Below are positions 35,321 to 47,600 of a stretch of DNA of 64,000 nucleotides, in pieces (the first letter of the stretch is position 1; the number at the start of each line of letters is the position of its first letter). Both the position numbers and the translations under genes were made by a program. This DNA is from Callorhinchus milii (taxonomy: Eukaryota). Below the pieces are notes generated by a model. That model made no database searches. It saw nothing but the letters and a program-made list of their open reading frames with translations, and had not been told where the DNA came from. The stretch covers positions 76,322,001-76,386,000 of the forward strand of contig NW_024704743.1 of NCBI RefSeq assembly GCF_018977255.1, written 5' to 3'.

Positions 35321-36302
35321 ATGTTACCCCTCCCCCCACCACCTCTTCAAGCTGTGCATTAACTTTTGCCAATTATTCATTTTCTAACACATTGGCTCAT
35401 TTGGCAGCACTGCAGGTTCTGGTACAGAAGGTTGTGGGTTCAAGACCCACAGCCTTTGAGCCTTTGATGGGCAACAGGGTGTCCGTTTACTCTGGCAGTG
35501 ATGGTCTCACGGGGAATATTTTGGTAAAGACTGTGTTATGAATGATCTGGAGGTTTTGGAGAGTAAGGATGGAAATGTTGGTGAGGAGGGCCTTGGGGCA
35601 ATCAGGTCTGGGGGGGCAAAGGCAAAGGGGAGGGATTTGACTGTATTGGGAGTGATGTGAGGACAGAGGCAGGTGGTAAAGACAATGGTCTTAAACAGAA
35701 CACATTTCAACCTCCATCACAAAATTATTGAGTTCATATATCAATTGATGTACCATGATGCTATGGCTATAGTTTACAAATATAAGAGCATTTACAACAC
35801 TAACTTTTTGCTGCCTTAACAGGATGGAAATAGTTATTATAATAACTCTGACATTTTGCATCAGTGGTAGATTGCATAACAATTATCACATGTTATGCTT
35901 ATAAACGAATACACTTCAGTTGTGCGGTAATCATTTCCCAAATAGGATAATGTTTCACAATCTTCCATTTACCGTCAGAGAGAACTGACATGTCAAATAC
36001 TTAAAACGTGCATCTCCGGAGGAGCGAGCAAGAAACTGTAATCTGTAAGCGCGATCTTTAGTGGATTTAACTTTGAACAAAACATGTTACAGTCAACAGA
36101 ATCCTTAGAAGTCAATGGCAATGCGAATGTAATATCTTGTTCACATAATACAGACACAGGACTTCACAGTAAAAACCCTTTGAGAAACGCTTTGAGATGT
36201 GATATTTGGGCGATATCATCAGATTGTTTTCTCTGCTGCAGTTAACAATCTGCCCTTCAATACACAGTCCCAGCTGCAGCCGAGGTGATCTTGTGAAAGG
36301 CA

Positions 36303-36341
36303 ACTTTTTGTACGATGCCTTGTGTGTCTGGGAGGGCGGTG
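36303..36341 (-). other. 23-RSS of V7 (degenerate heptamer)
   Basis: CACCGCC-23-ACAAAAAGT. Confidence 0.85.
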
Positions 36342-36768
36342 TGAATGCCAGAGCCCACAGTAATAGGTGGCTGTGTCCTCCTGGACGGGTTTTATGATTG
36401 TTAGAATGCACAACTGACCACTTTTAACAGCAGAGAAACGCTCTGAAAAGGCAGGTGAGGTTTTCGTCTGACTTTCTGAGCGGTAATAGAGAATCCACTG
36501 AAACTCCTTCCCGGGATTCCCACGGTACCAGTGAACATACACATTCTGCATTGATGCACCCGCCAGAGTGCAGGTCATCTCTACTGTTCTGCCGGTTTTC
36601 TTGACCATGGATCCGGGCTGCGTCAAGGAAAGACCATCACAGCCCACTGGAAAGACAAAAACAATTCCTTATTTTATTTTACTCTCTGATAATGTGATAA
36701 TCCTTTAATTGCATCCAGAAAAACTTACGTGTCACCAGGACACTCAGCACAGAGACACAACCCCACAT
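36342..36768 (-). CDS. TRGV: TRGV V7, family B (intact; leader 36768-36729, V exon 36646-36342)
   Basis: MWGCVSVLSVLVT|L GCDGLSLTQ..EMTC..VHWYRG..LCILTI..YYCGLWHS. Confidence 0.93.
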
Positions 36769-37389
36769 ATCTGATGTGATGTGTGGACCAGAGACAGTTT
36801 GAAGCGGATCGGATCACTTCACCTCACGTTTCTCGTTGTGGGAATGATCCAAACCTCTTTCTGCCAAATAGCGCTGTTGTGTGGTTGTGTTTCTCCCCTC
36901 CCCCACACCGATCTCTTCAGACCACACGATATCTGGGGCCATTTACTCTCTTGTTGGATCAGTTTTGCTGTTTCATTTAAACACTCTCTAAACACTCCTG
37001 TTTCTTGTTTCTGTGCCAGAAAGATATGGTTTAAAGCCCCAATGGACTTGATTCTTTTAAAAGTCTAGTCTTACACACCTTCACGCGTAACTTACATCGT
37101 TAGAGGAATCCCTATCTGTTTGTCCAGTTGGAAGTTGAAGATCCCAGTGTATGAAAAAGAGAGGGTGTTTTTCTTGGTGTCCCGGACAACAGTCGTTCAG
37201 TTTAATTGTTGGTTCACCTCATGGCAGTTTATCTGGTGCTGTCTGTAAATCGTTTCCAAGTTTGTCTACAAAAACAGTTACTGCATTTGGCAGTGTTTCC
37301 CTCAAGAAATGTCTACCATTTTAGTCTAAATGTACATCAGCAACAACTTGCACTTGCAGAGAGTTTTTTTTTACGGAGAAGAATGTATC

Positions 37390-38290
37390 AAAGTAGTGCA
37401 GGAGCTAAGGAGGTAAGTAGATCGGGGAGGGTAGATGGGGAATAGGAAGGAGATGACTGAAGACACAATTGAAAGCATTAAGGGAAGGTGAGAGGTGGAC
37501 GGATTTAGGAAAATGTTTTAGAGACTTAGAGCAAAGTGGCGGAAAGCTTACTCCTGGATGGTGGGCCAGACAGAGCAGGAAGGCAAAGGAGACCTGAGTT
37601 ATCAGAGCGAAGGGAGTGAGTGGGTGCAAAGTGGAACTGCAGGAGATAATAATAATAATAATCCTTGTATTTGATATGGCGCTTTTCACGTTGGGAGGAC
37701 GTCCCAAAGCGCTTCACAGAACACACTGTAAAGTGAATTGACTGTATATTTGTTGTGGGCGAACGCGGCAGCCAATTGCGCGCAGCAATATCCCACAAAC
37801 AGTCATGGATTGAAAATGACCAATTTATTATTGTTTTTTGTTTTGGAGGGATTATTATTAGGCGTGTGGAGTAAGGAAACTTGCCCAAGGTTTTGCCCTG
37901 TCTGGAATTGAACCCAGGTCTCTCACTTGCAAAGCGAGTGCTCTAACCACTGAGCTACAGGACTCCACAAATGGGATGGCAGACTATGTGGTACAACAAG
38001 GGTGTGAAGGTACAATGAGGATCTTAAAGTCGATTTACCAATAAATAGGGAGCCAGTGGAGCCGGGTTAGAAAGAGGCTGATGGGTTCGTGGAGCCTTGT
38101 ACAGGAAAAATGACAGGCTACAGAGGTCTGGAGGTTGTGCAGCTGAACCTACGAATCCAGTGAGTAGGGCCTTGAAGAGATCAAGTCTGGAAGTGACAAA
38201 GGCATGGATGGAGGTGGGTGATGTTGTGGAGATACACAAAAGTGGACTTGGTCAAGGACCAGGTGAAAGATTTAAAGGAGAGGAAGGCAA
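37390..38290 (-). mobile_element. L2 fragment with a nested young tRNA-Ala SINE (37647-37968)
   Basis: HAFVTSRLDLFKALL L2 peptide on one side and L2 3' sequence on the other side of a full SINE. Confidence 0.85.
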
Positions 38291-39030
38291 TATCCAATTA
38301 TAATTAAAAAGTCCCGTTATAAGTGTGTCATTTAACAACAAGGACAAAATAGACACACAGTAACAGCGAACACACTGTTAAGATTAATTTAGAAAATGAT
38401 ATTGAGCAATACTTGATATTAAGGGGCACATTTTGACCCATAGAACAATATTAAATTCATGTCAATAATGATTTGCTGTGAGGATTTTGCTATCAAAATC
38501 CCTGACTGCCCAGCATCTTGGGACGTCCTCCCGATGTGAAAGGGACTATACAAATGTAATTTGGTTCTGTTGCTATATTTTACTGAATAAAATAATAATA
38601 TTTACCTTTGATATAGTGCCTTCTCATTGAGAGGACGTGTCAAAGAGCTTCATAGGATACAATGGAAAATATAATTACTGTGTATTTTGCAGGTCAATAT
38701 GATAGCCAATTTTGTGCTGTCTTGCACAAGCAGCCATGGAGGAATGTGTCCCACAAGCAGCCATGGAGGAATGGTCAATCTTATTTTGGGAGCGCGGTGG
38801 CGCGGACACCGAGAGAAACTCCTAATCGTGTTGTACATAGAGGATTTAGAAATTAACTCATCCCTCCTGCTTAATACAATGAACGCAAAGCCCGCTGTGT
38901 AGTTCTTCCCAGTTTCTGGACCACAACTATCAGGATTGACCAGACTGTGATCTCTCTGCAGCAGTTAACAATCTCCTCCTCAATACACTGAGACCCAACT
39001 GCAGCCGTGTTGGCTTCCGAGTGAAAGGCA

Positions 39031-39069
39031 AGTTTTTGTACGATCTCTTGTGTGTCTGCAGCTGCTGTG
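39031..39069 (-). other. 23-RSS of V8
   Basis: CACAGCA-23-ACAAAAACT. Confidence 0.93.
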
Positions 39070-39503
39070 TGAATCCCAGACACCACAATAATAAATGCCA
39101 CTGTCATCCGAGGTGAGTCTTATGATTGTGAGAGTGCACGAGTCCCCACTTTTATCACTAGAAAAACGGCTTAAAAAATCAGGCGAGTTATCTTTCTTAT
39201 TTCTTGAGTGGTAATAGAGGATCCATTGAAGCCCCTTCCCAGGAGATTCACGGTACCAGTGAACATTGTCATTGTCAATATTATTCTTTTTACAGGTAAT
39301 TGTCGCTACCTTTCCTGATTTGACGATCATGGATAAGGGCTGTGACAAGGTAAAAGCATCACAGCCAACTGGAAAGACAAAAACAATCATTAGGTTATTT
39401 TACTCTCTTTCTCTCTGACAATCTGATGGTTACTGAATGGCATTCAGATAAACTTACACGACAGCAAGACGGTCAGTACACAGACACAGCCTGTCCTCAG
39501 CAT
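39070..39503 (-). CDS. TRGV: TRGV V8, family C (intact; leader 39503-39458, V exon 39368-39070)
   Basis: MLRTGCVCVLTVLLS|F GCDAFTLSQ..TITC..VHWYRE..SCTLTI..YYCGVWDS; in-frame upstream ATG at 39515. Confidence 0.94.
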
Positions 39504-40959
39504 GTTTGATACCATGTGTGGCCCAGGAACAGCTTCAAGCCAATTTGACCATCTCAGTTGGCTCGTCTTCCTGTGGGAAAGATCCAAACCTGTTTGCACC
39601 AATTAGAGCCGTTTTGTGGTTGTTTCCTCCTCCCCTCAGAGCGTAATACTCAAAGCTTTACTTTGTCTCTTTGCCATTTATGCATTATTCTAATAACTTG
39701 GCTCATTTGATAGCAATTTATTCCTATAGGTTTTGACCTCCTAAGCTTGCTTTATATTGGGGGGACGCAGCACAGTCAGAGGTAATGTCTTTGCGATGAG
39801 ATGTTCAACCGATGTCCCATTGCCTCATTCAGGTGGACACTACAAATATTATGACACTGTCAATTAAAAAGAGTTTCTCTCTGTCCTGGCCAAACTTCCC
39901 CTTTAGGTATTGCTCTGTTCGGGAACACTGATTCCCTCTACTTATTTTTCTTTGGAACACTTGGAAATTGTTAACTAGTTTAAAAACAACATTAGATTTG
40001 TAAAGCTCCTTTCACGTCTGAAGGACGTCCCAAGGCGTTGGATAGACAGTTGTGGAATGGAGCTGGGGTTCAGTGGTCGGGGGGTGGAGGGCAGGGGGAA
40101 GCAGGGAGATGAAAAGCATGGTCGAAGAGGAGGGTCTTCAGATGTGTCTTGAAGGTGGCAATGGACAGGGCAAGATGGAGGGACTATGTCTTTGAGTCAG
40201 TTTCCCCCATGCTCAAAATCTGCCTCTGTTAAGCAGAAGTATGACAGGAAGGTCGAAAGGCTTTCATAAACTTGCAACAAACAAAAGATTTAAAGGCATA
40301 TTTACTTATAATTTTTTATACTTGGATCTTTTACTGGAAAATAGATTCGCAGAAAAGACCAGGAAGTGCATAGTGACTTGGCCAGTCTTGATCTGTGGCA
40401 TAAGTTATAGAATCACTGAATGTTACAGCATAGAAACACACCAATTAGCTCACTAAGGCTGCACTGGTGTTTTGCACTTAATCTAATCGCACTCTCCTGC
40501 TCACTGCACATACACCTCAATATTTTTCTTTTTCCAGGCTTTACTTTCTTTAAGTGTAATATGGGATGTGTTTCATGGTTTATGGCAGATCATTTTACAT
40601 GCCAACCATGCTCTGTGTAAAGGGAATAACGTTGTGATGTTTAAAGGGTTACTTGTGTTATTTTATGCCTGCATACACGATCACAAGGTGGCAGCACACC
40701 CAGCAGAGTAAAGGGATTGTACCTCTTCATACCAGATATCCACCATCATTATATTTGTGAAATGAAAGTAAATTTCAGGCCTCAGAGTAGTTACATGTTA
40801 GCTTATGAGTTATTTTGTAGGGTTGATCTGCTGAGGAGCGGTGAAATCTGTGCTATGTGGTGATAGTCATGATTCAAGGATTCAGAATCAACATTCAACA
40901 CTGGCACATCAGATATCAGGCTTCAGTGAATGGGAGATGGATTCCATGCAACAATTTGA

Positions 40960-41250
40960 TCGATGTACTTTGTCTGATGTCTGATACGTGTGCAAACTCA
41001 TCACCATACCAGACTGAGACTTCCATATATGTATGTGTCTTAGACATGGAAAATTCCCTATCGAACGGAATACACACTCTCTCCCTGGAGGAACCCACAC
41101 TATTTCCTAATTCCAAAGAGTATTGGTCATAGTTTAGTGAGCCAAAGCTTGGAGATCCTCGACTATCAGTTGGGACATTGCAGCAGTTTAACCCGCTAAA
41201 TCCGCATGACTTGCCATTGAAAATGCTGCCCAGCAAGCTTGCACAACGAG
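40960..41250 (+). pseudogene. Inverted decayed V relic (family R)
   Basis: NSKEY..FSEPKLGDPRLSVGTLQ (41133 onward) aligns with FSADKSGDSCTLTIIRLT; homologous to the 15-16 kb pseudogene on the opposite strand. Confidence 0.5.
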
Positions 41251-41639
41251 GACACCCTACTAGTCAGTGCTTTGGCTTGCAGAGTAAATAGGAGCTGAGG
41301 GGGAGGAGTCCTTATTTCCAGTGAACCGGTCCACACCTTCAAGTGGTGCTGAAGGGTTGGCTGGCTGGTCTGTCATAGGCAGGGCCCTGAACTACTGTGA
41401 TCCCCTTGTGTAAGAAAACTAGGATCTTCTTCAGCTGAACCTCCATTTTGATCTGTTGGTATCCCTCCCCCAATGGGCACAAAGATTCTCAGAAAAAGAA
41501 AAAACTCTCCTCTGGTTGGTATTTCAGAAATTGTAAAAACACAGAAGCAGTATCCTAGGACTGGAGGATAAAACATTTGTTATTCAAAAAGGGAGTGAGG
41601 CATTTGCTTGATACATATTTCACATTCAATATTTAACTA

Positions 41640-41870
41640 TCAGCCTGGTTCAGTTGCTAGCACTCTTGCCTCTGAGTAAGAAGGTTGTGGGTTCAAGCCC
41701 CATATTAAGATTTGGAACTGATATAGTCTATGCTGACTAATTGGTGCTGAATTGTTGGAGGTGCCTTCCTTCAGATGAAACATTATCCTGAGATTCAGGT
41801 GGACAGTAAAGGTCCCAAGGCATTATTCAAGATGTGAAAGGAGTTTATCCCGGTGTCCTGGCCTTTTGTT
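41640..41870 (+). mobile_element. Older DeuSINE 5' part, co-duplicated in C cassettes (also 51020-51230, 57720-57960, 61370-61600)
   Basis: cagcctggttcagttgctagcactcttgcctctgagtaagaaggttgtgggttcaag head plus core. Confidence 0.75.
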
Positions 41871-42221
41871 GGGATTTAATCTTAAAATTAATACATGCAG
41901 CCAATTGAAACACAAGCATGTTGTTTCAAAGCTGGAATTATCCTATTTGGGAAATGATTAAGTTTATCATGTTTGTAATAGAATTTTTCGTTTACAAGCC
42001 CACCATATGATTATTGTTGTGCAGTCTACCATAGGTGCATTACATCAGTATGAATAAAATAAGGTTCACCTTTAACTCTTTCCTTCTTTCGAGGTATCGA
42101 TCAATCCCACAATCATAGCAATGATCGAAACCTCTTTCTGTCAACTAGCGTTGCTGTGTGGTTGTGTTCCTCGCCATGCCTATCTCTTTAGACAGAAAAA
42201 TATTTGTTGGATCAGTTTCAT

Positions 42222-42248
42222 GGGGGGGGGGGGGGGGGGGGGGGGGGG
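42222..42248 (+). repeat. Poly-G run (27 nt)
   Basis: Uninterrupted G homopolymer. Confidence 0.9.
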
Positions 42249-42651
42249 CGTGAGCTTTGTTGGGTTTAAACTTACAATTAGTAAGTTGCACACAATGGAG
42301 ATTGTAAAAATTTCGCCTGAAAACCGGAATTGTTAAGGTTTCCATGTGTAAGTATTGTGATTTATTTTATTGGTTTACAAGCACACCATGTGGTAATTGT
42401 TGTCCAATCTACCATAGATTATTAAATTATTATAGATGGAAAATATCTGAGTGACTAAAATAAAGTTCCCCTTTAACTCTTTCCCTCCTGCTTAATACAA
42501 TGAACACAACGCCCTCTTTATAGTTCTTCCCAGTTTCTGGACCACAACTATCAGGATTGACCAGACTGTGATCTCTCTGCTGCAGTTAACAATTTCCCCC
42601 TCAATACACTGAGACCCAACTGCAGCCGTGTTGGCTTCCGAGTGAAAGGGA

Positions 42652-42690
42652 AGTTTTTGTACGATCTCTTGTGTGTCTGCAGCTGCTGTG
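42652..42690 (-). other. 23-RSS of V9
   Basis: CACAGCA-23-ACAAAAACT. Confidence 0.93.
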
Positions 42691-43116
42691 TGAATCCCAG
42701 ACACCACAATAATAAATGCCACTGTCATCCGAGGTGAGTCTTATGCTTGTGAGAGTGCACGAGTCCCCACTTTTATCAGCGGAAAAACGCGGAAAATCAG
42801 GCGAGTTATCTTTCTCATCTTCTGAGTGGTAATAGAGGATCCATTGCAGTCCCTTCCCGGGAGTTTCACGGTACCAGTGAACGAAGTCATTGCCCATATC
42901 ACTCTTTGTGCAGGAAAGCTTCGCTACCCTTCCTAATTGCGCGATCATGGATCTGGGCTGTGACAAGGTAAAGCCATCACAGCCAACTGGAAAGACAAAA
43001 AAAAATCATCAGCATCGTTTACTGTCTCTGATAATGTGATGATCATTAAATTGCATTCAGATAAACTTACGTGACACCAGAGCACACAGCACACAGACAC
43101 AACCTGCCCCCCGCAT
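42691..43116 (-). CDS. TRGV: TRGV V9, mosaic gene: family-A promoter/leader/intron with a family-C V exon (leader 43116-43071, V exon 42986-42691)
   Basis: Leader MRGAGCVCVLCALVS as in V6; exon ..KLSCTKSDMGNDFVHWYRETPGKGLQWILYYHSED..SCTL..YYCGVWDS as in family C; open frame. Confidence 0.92.
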
Positions 43117-44382
43117 ATCTGATGTGATGTGGAAAGCTTGAAGGGGATCTGACCATCTCACTGCGTTCCTCTTGAGTGAGAATGGTCTAAACCTATTTGT
43201 GCCAATAAGCAGTGTTTGCGGTTATGTTACCCCTTCCCCCCACCACCTCTTCAAGCTGAGCATCACCTATTGCCAATTATTCATTTTCTAACATATTGGC
43301 TCATTTGGCAGCACTGCAGGTTCTGTGTCAGGAGGTTGTGGGTTCAAAACCCACAGTATTTGTGCTTCTGTTAGGGAATAGGGTGTCAGCTATGGAGTCT
43401 GGCATTGATGGTCTCACAGAGCTTGTTTTGGCAAAGACTGTGCTATGAATGATCTATAATTTTTGGAGAGTAATGATGGTGAGTAGGGCCTTGGGGAAAT
43501 CAGGTCTGGAGGGGACAAAGTCATGGAGGAGGGATTTGGCTGTATTGGGAGTGATGTGAGGACAGAGGCAGGTGATTAAGACAATGGTCTTTGGCAGAAC
43601 TTGATTTTAAGACACAAATATTATACCTCCATTACAAAAATATTGAGTTCATGTTACAACTGATATGCCATGAGTCTATGGTTATATTTTATAAAAATAA
43701 GAGTATTTACAACACAGAATGCTGTTAGCGAGAATAGATGTTTCATAATCTTCCATTTACCGTTAGAGAGAACTAATATGTCAGATACTTGAAACGTGCA
43801 TCTTTGGAGGAATGAGCAAGAAACTGTGATCTGTAAGTGCAATCTTTAGTGGATTTAATTTTGAACAAAACATGTTACACTCAATTAAATTCTTTGAAGC
43901 CAATAGGAATGTATTATTCTCTTACATAATAGTGTCATTGGACTTCACTTGAAAAACACTTTGAGAAACAACAACGAAATTACATTTATTAAGCGACTTT
44001 CACGCCGGGAGGACACCCCAAGGCGCTTTTAGGTGTAATGTTTTGAAGGTGTGAAAAGACGTTATGGCAAACTCAAGGATCATTATTATTAAAGTTGAAT
44101 TGTCTTATTTGGGAAACAACAAGGTTTTCACAAGGGAGTATTTGCAAATATTTTATTCGTTTACAAGCACAGTATGTGATCATTTGCAAAACATGCATTT
44201 ATGTATCTATCTCATGTGAATAATGTCACCTTGACTAAGGCACTTTTCTGAATCTTCACCCCACAACCCTTAAAATATACAATTCCAAAGTTCCTCCCTC
44301 CTTTCAATTAATTTTTCAGAATCACAGTTAAAGTTGAACATCAGTCCCAGCTGCAGCCAAGGTGATCTTTTAGTGAAAGGCA

Positions 44383-44421
44383 ACTTTTTGTACGATCTCT
44401 TGTGTGTCTGGGAGGGCTGTG
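44383..44421 (-). other. 23-RSS of pseudogene V10
   Basis: CACAGCC-23-ACAAAAAGT. Confidence 0.88.
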
Positions 44422-44639
44422 TGAATGCCTGAGCCCACAATTATAGGTGGCTCTGTCCTACTGGATGGGTTTTATGATTGTTAGAATGCCCGACTGATCA
44501 CTTTTAACAGCAGAGAAACACTCTGAAAAAGCAGGCGAGATTTCCGTCCACGTTTCTGAATGGTAATAGAGAATCCATTGAAACTCCTTCCCGGGATTCC
44601 CACAGTACCAGTGAATATAGCTATTTTGCATTGAGCCAG

Positions 44640-47600
44640 AATGATTTGAGCTGCAGAAGTCCCTGGTGCTTTCCAACAGTTTCTCTCCTCTGGAGAGCAA
44701 TGATATGAAAACCCAAATGATGGTTGAGACAGGCAAGGGAGTGCCATGCACCGAGACAATCCAGCAGCTTACCAGGGAAGGAGTGAAGAAGAGAAAAAGT
44801 AGCAGACAAGTTGTGATATTAGGGGATTTGATTATTTGGTTCACAGATTGCATTCTGTGTCAACCAGACCAGAAAATAGAATGGTAAGTTGCCTACAGAG
44901 TACACGGCTTGAGGATCTGGCTCCCCGTGTTGACGAAATGCTACAGGGAGCAGGTGAGGAACCAATTGTAGTTGTTCATGTGGGAAGAAATAACATAGAT
45001 AGAAGTAGACCAGAGGTCTTTTATGCTATATTTAGAGGATTAGAAAGGAGGCTAAAGAGAAAGATTTCAAACATAGTATTTTCCGAAATGCTATCTGTAC
45101 CACGTGCTAGTGAGGAAAGACAGAGGATAATTAGGCAGACAGTGTGTGGCTAAGACATTGGTGTAGGGAGTCAGGCTTTCATTTCCTCAAATAATGGGGC
45201 ACCTTATGAAATAGGGGGCATCTATACAGACAGGATGGTCTCCACCTAAACAACAACAACAAAATTACATTGATAGAGTGCCTTTCACGTCGGGAGGATG
45301 TGCCAAGACCCTGGAAAGGGGTGGAGGTGTTGGCAGGCAGGATGGATAATTTAGTTAGGGAGTGTTTAAACTAGGCACAGGGGTGGTTGTGGTAGATGCA
45401 AGGGAGCACTCAAACTGATTAGAGAAAACTTTAAGGCGTACCAGTGTAATGGTCTAACTCCAAAGTTTGGTGAAAAATAAACAAAAAATGCTTATAAAGT
45501 AAATGGGAAAGGCAAAATCAATGGAGCTGTACTTGCATTAATGCAAGAAGTGTGACAAATAAGATGCTTGATCTGGAAGGTCTAGTAGCGGGTGGTAGAC
45601 TGGGCATGATTAGCATATCAGAGACATGGTGGAATTAATCCAATCGATGGGATATGCATCTGGAAGGTTATAAACTGTTTAGGAGAGACTGTATCGGGAG
45701 AAGAGGAGGTGATGTGGCACTATATATAAGCTCCATTATTGAGACACAAGTGAGAGAGGATATAAAAAAGGAAAGGGAAGACACAGAATCACTTTGGGTA
45801 GAATTGAAAGGTGGTACTAGAGGTAAGCTATTACTGGGGATCTGCTGTAGGCCTCCAAGACAGGGTGAAAGCCTCAATCTGGAACTGTGGGATGAGATGA
45901 GGAGTATTGCTAGTAAGGGACCAACCATAGTCGTTGGAGATTTTAACTTACCCAAAATTGATTGGGATAATAATGTGTCTACTGGTAAAATAGGGAAGGC
46001 ATTTCTAGAGTTAAAGGAAGACTGTTTTATGACTCAGTTTGTAAAAGAGTCAACAAGGGCAGCTAACATCTTGGATTTGATAATGAACAACAGGGATGTC
46101 CAAATCTACAACATAAGGGTGGAAGAAAAATTAAGCCATAGTGGCCACAATGCAATCGCATTTGATATCACAAGAGTTGGTGAGGTCCTAAAAACCCAAA
46201 CAAAACTGCCAAATTTCAAGAGGACTGTCTTAGTGCACTTGAGATTTCTAGCTGGACTTGGCCTGGCAGGCTTAAAAATGCCAATGGGAGTGGAGGACCT
46301 ATGGAGTTCCTTCAAGGAGGTGATTATGAAGGCAATGGAACAACGTATACCCATGCAAAGCAAAGATTCCAAGCTTAAAGGCACTCCTGCCTGTTTGGAC
46401 AGGGCTACAAAGCAAACCATAAACAGGAAAAAAAAGCATTTAAGCCCATGAAGGAAAATGGCATGGAAATAAGTCGGACTCAATACCAGAAGGCTTGCCA
46501 GAACTGCAAACAAGGCATCAGAATGGCAAAGAAAAGCTTTGAATTGAACATGGCAATGTGAAGGATAATAACAAACAGTTTTTAGTTGCATTAAGAGTAG
46601 AAGAAAAACAAGCAGTGGAATAGGGCCACTGAAGGTGGGTTTGGGAGACCATAAGACGCAGGAGGAAGAGTAAGCCATTCGGCCCCTCAAGCCTGCCCCG
46701 CCATTTAATAAGATCATGGCTGATCTTCTAACCTAATTCCATTTACCCGCCCTCTCCCCATATCCCTTAATCCCACTATCCTTCAGAAATCTATCAACCT
46801 CAGTCTTGAATATGTTCAAGGACTGAGCATCCAAAGCCTTCTGGGGTAGAGAATTCTACAAATTCACTACCCTCTGAGTGAAGAAATGTTTCCTCAACTC
46901 AGTTCGAAAAGGCTGACCCTTAATCTGGAGACTATGACCCCTAGTTTTAGATTCTCCAACCAGGGGAAACAGTCTCACGACATCTACCCTGTCAAGAGCC
47001 TTAAGAATCTTATAGGTTTCTATAAGATCACCTCTAATTCTTCTATATTCTAGAGAATATAGGCCTAGTTTATTCAACCTATCTTTATAGGTCAACCCCC
47101 TCATCCCAGGAACCAATTTAGTGAATCTATGCTGCACCCCCTCTAAGGCGAGTATGTCTTTTCTTAAATAAGGAGACCAAAACTGTACACAATATTCTAG
47201 GTGTGGTCTCACCAAAGCCTTATATAACTGCAGCAAGACTTCCCTTGTAATCTAACAACAACAACAACAAGATTCCATTTATTGTATGCCTTTCACGTTG
47301 GGAGGACATCCCAAGGCGCTGTACAGTTGGGTCAGGACCCGAGCAAGGGGGAAATGGTCAGGGTGAGGGGAGGGAAGGGAGGGAGCGAGGAGGGGGTAGA
47401 GAGTCGAGAGGAGAGCTGAAGGCACGGTCAAAGAGAACCCTTTTGCAATGAACGCCAACATGGCATTAGCCTTCCTAGTTGCTTGCTGTACCTGCATACT
47501 AACTTTTTGTGACTGGTGTACAAAGACACCCAAATCCCTCTAAACACTAACACTACCTGGTCTCTCCCCCCTCCCCCCACCCCCTCCCCCCCTAGAAAAT

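Noticed and set aside
35269-35541. 90-aa plus-strand ORF nearly identical to 52141-52413
   Set aside because: Starts at TTG, overlaps the family-A promoter antisense, and its identity reflects the recent duplication; the frame is not kept in the 43.2 kb copy.
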